35,449 nucleotides of DNA from a virus (Duplodnaviria; Caudoviricetes): positions 1-35,449 of IMG/VR virus record IMGVR_UViG_3300017766_002820; one strand, written 5' to 3'. A program made the position numbers and the translations under genes. Below the pieces are notes generated by a model, which saw only the letters and a program-made list of their open reading frames with translations, was not told the origin of the DNA and did not search any database. Positions 35,138-35,449 of the stretch are shown piece by piece; the first letter of the stretch is position 1, and the number at the start of each line of letters is the position of its first letter.

Positions 35138-35449
35138 GTGCCTGAAGTCAACTTTCTTGTCAAAAAAGGGCTGACCGTTCCTAAAGCGAGTGCGTCCACG
35201 CCTGCGATTATTTTCGATGCCTCGGACCCGAATACCGGCATCTACTCCCCCGGCGCAGACCAAGTAGCCATCTCGACTAATGGCACTGGGCGGTTGTTTG
35301 TTGATGCGAGTGGGAATGTTGGTGTTGGGACTAGTAGCCCTGCACCAGCAATCGGAAATGGAGCAACATTGCATTTGTATGGCGCGTCAACTACCAGTGA
35401 ACTGCGGCTTCAACGAGGTAATGGTACTGACCTTAGCCTTCTTGCCGGA
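35138..35449 (+). CDS. Tail fibre protein, N-terminal part (3'-truncated)
   Basis: Hand-translated MPEVNFLVKKGLTVP...DPNTGIYSPGADQVAISTNGTGRLFVDASGNVGVGTSSP, typical cyanophage fibre motifs; open to the window end. Confidence 0.8.
   Translation, partial: MPEVNFLVKKGLTVPKASASTPAIIFDASDPNTGIYSPGADQVAISTNGTGRLFVDASGNVGVGTSSPAPAIGNGATLHLYGASTTSELRLQRGNGTDLSLLAG

Noticed and set aside
35120-35374. Minus-strand 84-aa ORF
   Set aside because: Shadow of the + strand tail fibre gene starting at 35138.

Overview
A 35.4-kb segment of a tailed dsDNA phage, very probably a picocyanobacterial (Synechococcus/Cyanobium-type) cyanophage. No host genes, tRNA, rRNA, CRISPR or integrase are visible. Layout: (1) end of a SAM-methyltransferase, an exostosin/GT47 glycosyltransferase and a 993-aa probable virion protein; (2) a ~1.2-kb non-coding control region (5313-6525) with a terminator, a ~105-bp alternating purine-pyrimidine tract, a sigma70-like promoter, two sequences resembling cyanobacterial rRNA boxA and ~600 nt of dense nested hairpins; (3) an early-type region of ~18 small genes with repeated intergenic motifs (GTAACTAA, GC-TTC-GC hairpins) and a second structured RNA candidate; (4) a DUF3150-like + RavA-type AAA+ + ViaA-type vWA module; (5) replication genes (PolA, tandem-OB SSB, PD-(D/E)XK exonuclease, primase-SF3 helicase, ThyX) plus two apparently inactivated enzymes (an HNH-HTH protein and an adenine-methyltransferase homolog); (6) a lysozyme-C39 endolysin, holin candidates, HNH nucleases and the start of a tail fibre. 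The best candidates for undescribed biology are the boxA/structured-RNA early control region and the AAA/vWA module. Family calls come from motif recognition by eye and counts are manual; no searches were run.
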